The position numbers and the translations under genes are program-made. DNA of 63,959 nucleotides, taken from positions 673,551 through 737,509 of the forward strand of contig NW_003314312.1 in NCBI RefSeq assembly GCF_000143415.4, read 5' to 3'. Positions within the stretch are counted from its first letter, which is position 1; each line of letters starts with the position of its first letter. Shown here one piece after another: positions 62,653-63,959 of this stretch. The notes beneath the pieces are model-generated. The model saw nothing but the letters and a program-made list of their open reading frames with translations. It ran no database searches and had not been told where the DNA came from. Source of the stretch: Selaginella moellendorffii. Its lineage: Eukaryota; Plantae; Lycopodiophyta.

Positions 62653-63888
62653 ATGCGAGCGTTGTGGCTCGCCATTCCCGCGAGCGTCGCCAATGCAGTT
62701 CCTCCTCAATCGACGCATTTCCAGCGCCGACGATTCGTGCCCGAGCTGACAAGCACTGTGATTACTTCTTTCACAGGGAGCAAGACTCGGCTTCCAACAT
62801 TGTGGGCAAGGAAAGAGGCGATTGGAGCCTTTTCGGTGCAGCAGTCTGTGGATTTCATCTCTTTCGATGGTGCCGCCGGTGCTGTCAGCGAGATCGAGAT
62901 GCAAAAGACGCTCAGGCTGGTCGAGTGCGCGATGCTTGCATCGACCGCGGGTTTGGCGTATTTCCTAAGCAACTTATTTCGGTTCGAGGTAAGCTTCTCT
63001 CCTCGTTCTCTCTTCTCAATCCTTCGTCTCTTCCACTCCACAGTCTTACTTTGGATGCTTCTTTCCACTTCCTATTGTCATTTCCGCGATGAGATGGGGC
63101 GCTGCCGCTGGTCGCAAAACAATGGTACCAACGTTTTTCATCTTTGCTATATAGCTCGAAAGCCATTCTTTTTTCTTTGTTCCATAGGTGACCACAGCGT
63201 TGCTTCTTCTTGTCATTGCTGGACCTCTCAAGGCTCTTTCTTACGTCGTAAGTACTTCCTCACAGATTTGGATATCTCACAACTTCGTCTAGCTCATGCA
63301 CGGATTTCTCGGCGTTGCGATGGGTGCGTTGTGGAGGTACTACAATCGCTCGCTCGCTAGATTTCCATTCTGATATGCTGCCGTTGCTCAGATGGAGAAT
63401 CAACTGGGGCGTCTCCATCCTTGCTTGTACACTGGTATGCACGGAACTCTCTGCGTTTGGCTGGATGTTTTCATTGTTCTAGAGTTTCAGGTCCGTGCTC
63501 TTGGAGCGATTGGTTTTGTGTTTCTGTCTTCCTGGCTGATCAAGGAAAACATCCTCAACCTGGTACAAAGAGATTCATTTCTCTGCCTTACCTTGACCAA
63601 ATGTTCTTGCAGATCACCATAAACACCCATGCTTCCCTCTCGTACATGGTGGCGGCAATGGGGATCAACATCTCGCTTACAATGCCGACCATCTATGCTG
63701 TGTTCACGTCCCTGGTAAAGTTTTCCCCAGTTTTAGATCGAACGCTGACCTTTCGTCGTATTGTCCAGCTTATCGTGAACTGCGCATCGTTTGTGTTCCT
63801 CCTCCATGTTTTGTACGCGATTATTCTTCAGGGCCTGGGAATCAAGTCGTCACTGGCTGTTCCTGGCTGGATGTCGAGATCCATGTAA
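62653..63888 (+). CDS. DUF2232-like multi-pass membrane protein with probable plastid transit peptide; multi-exon
   Basis: KTLRLVECAMLASTAGLAYFLSN; hydrophobic exons separated by short GT-AG introns; stop at 63886-63888. Confidence 0.75.
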
Positions 63889-63959
63889 GATCAAAGGATG
63901 CTTACCCGGAGTTCATCCTTGTACAGTCACGATTTTTTGGCATTGATATAAAAATCTGG

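Overview
This is eukaryotic land-plant nuclear DNA. Very short GT-AG introns (~45-70 nt), a PLS-class PPR gene and the TE types suggest a lycophyte such as Selaginella (inference). 1-35 kb is a nested retrotransposon graveyard with three N-gaps. It contains several copies of a ~1.7-kb LTR with an internal 6/12-mer satellite, 5S-rRNA-containing Cassandra-like TRIM LTRs, a second 162-bp-LTR TRIM, and AT-eroded Copia and Ty3/gypsy remnants. It also contains one young Ty3/gypsy element (28310-35044, minus) with a tRNA-Ala PBS, a nested solo LTR and a clear gag/pol -1 frameshift signal (G GGA AAC plus an H-type pseudoknot). 35-64 kb is gene-rich: a PPR gene, tRNA-Gly(TCC), tRNA-Arg(TCG), an AT-hook DEG9-like protease, a TORNADO1-like LRR-Roc-COR gene with one in-frame stop, a bulb-type lectin gene with a decayed paralogue, tRNA-Arg(CCT) and a DUF2232-like membrane protein gene. 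The Roco gene lies inside a ~9-kb chain of unrelated intron-containing gene fragments (SWIM, RF2, CDKG, alpha/beta hydrolase, DEG9, NAT). All calls were made by eye; boundaries of degenerate elements are approximate.
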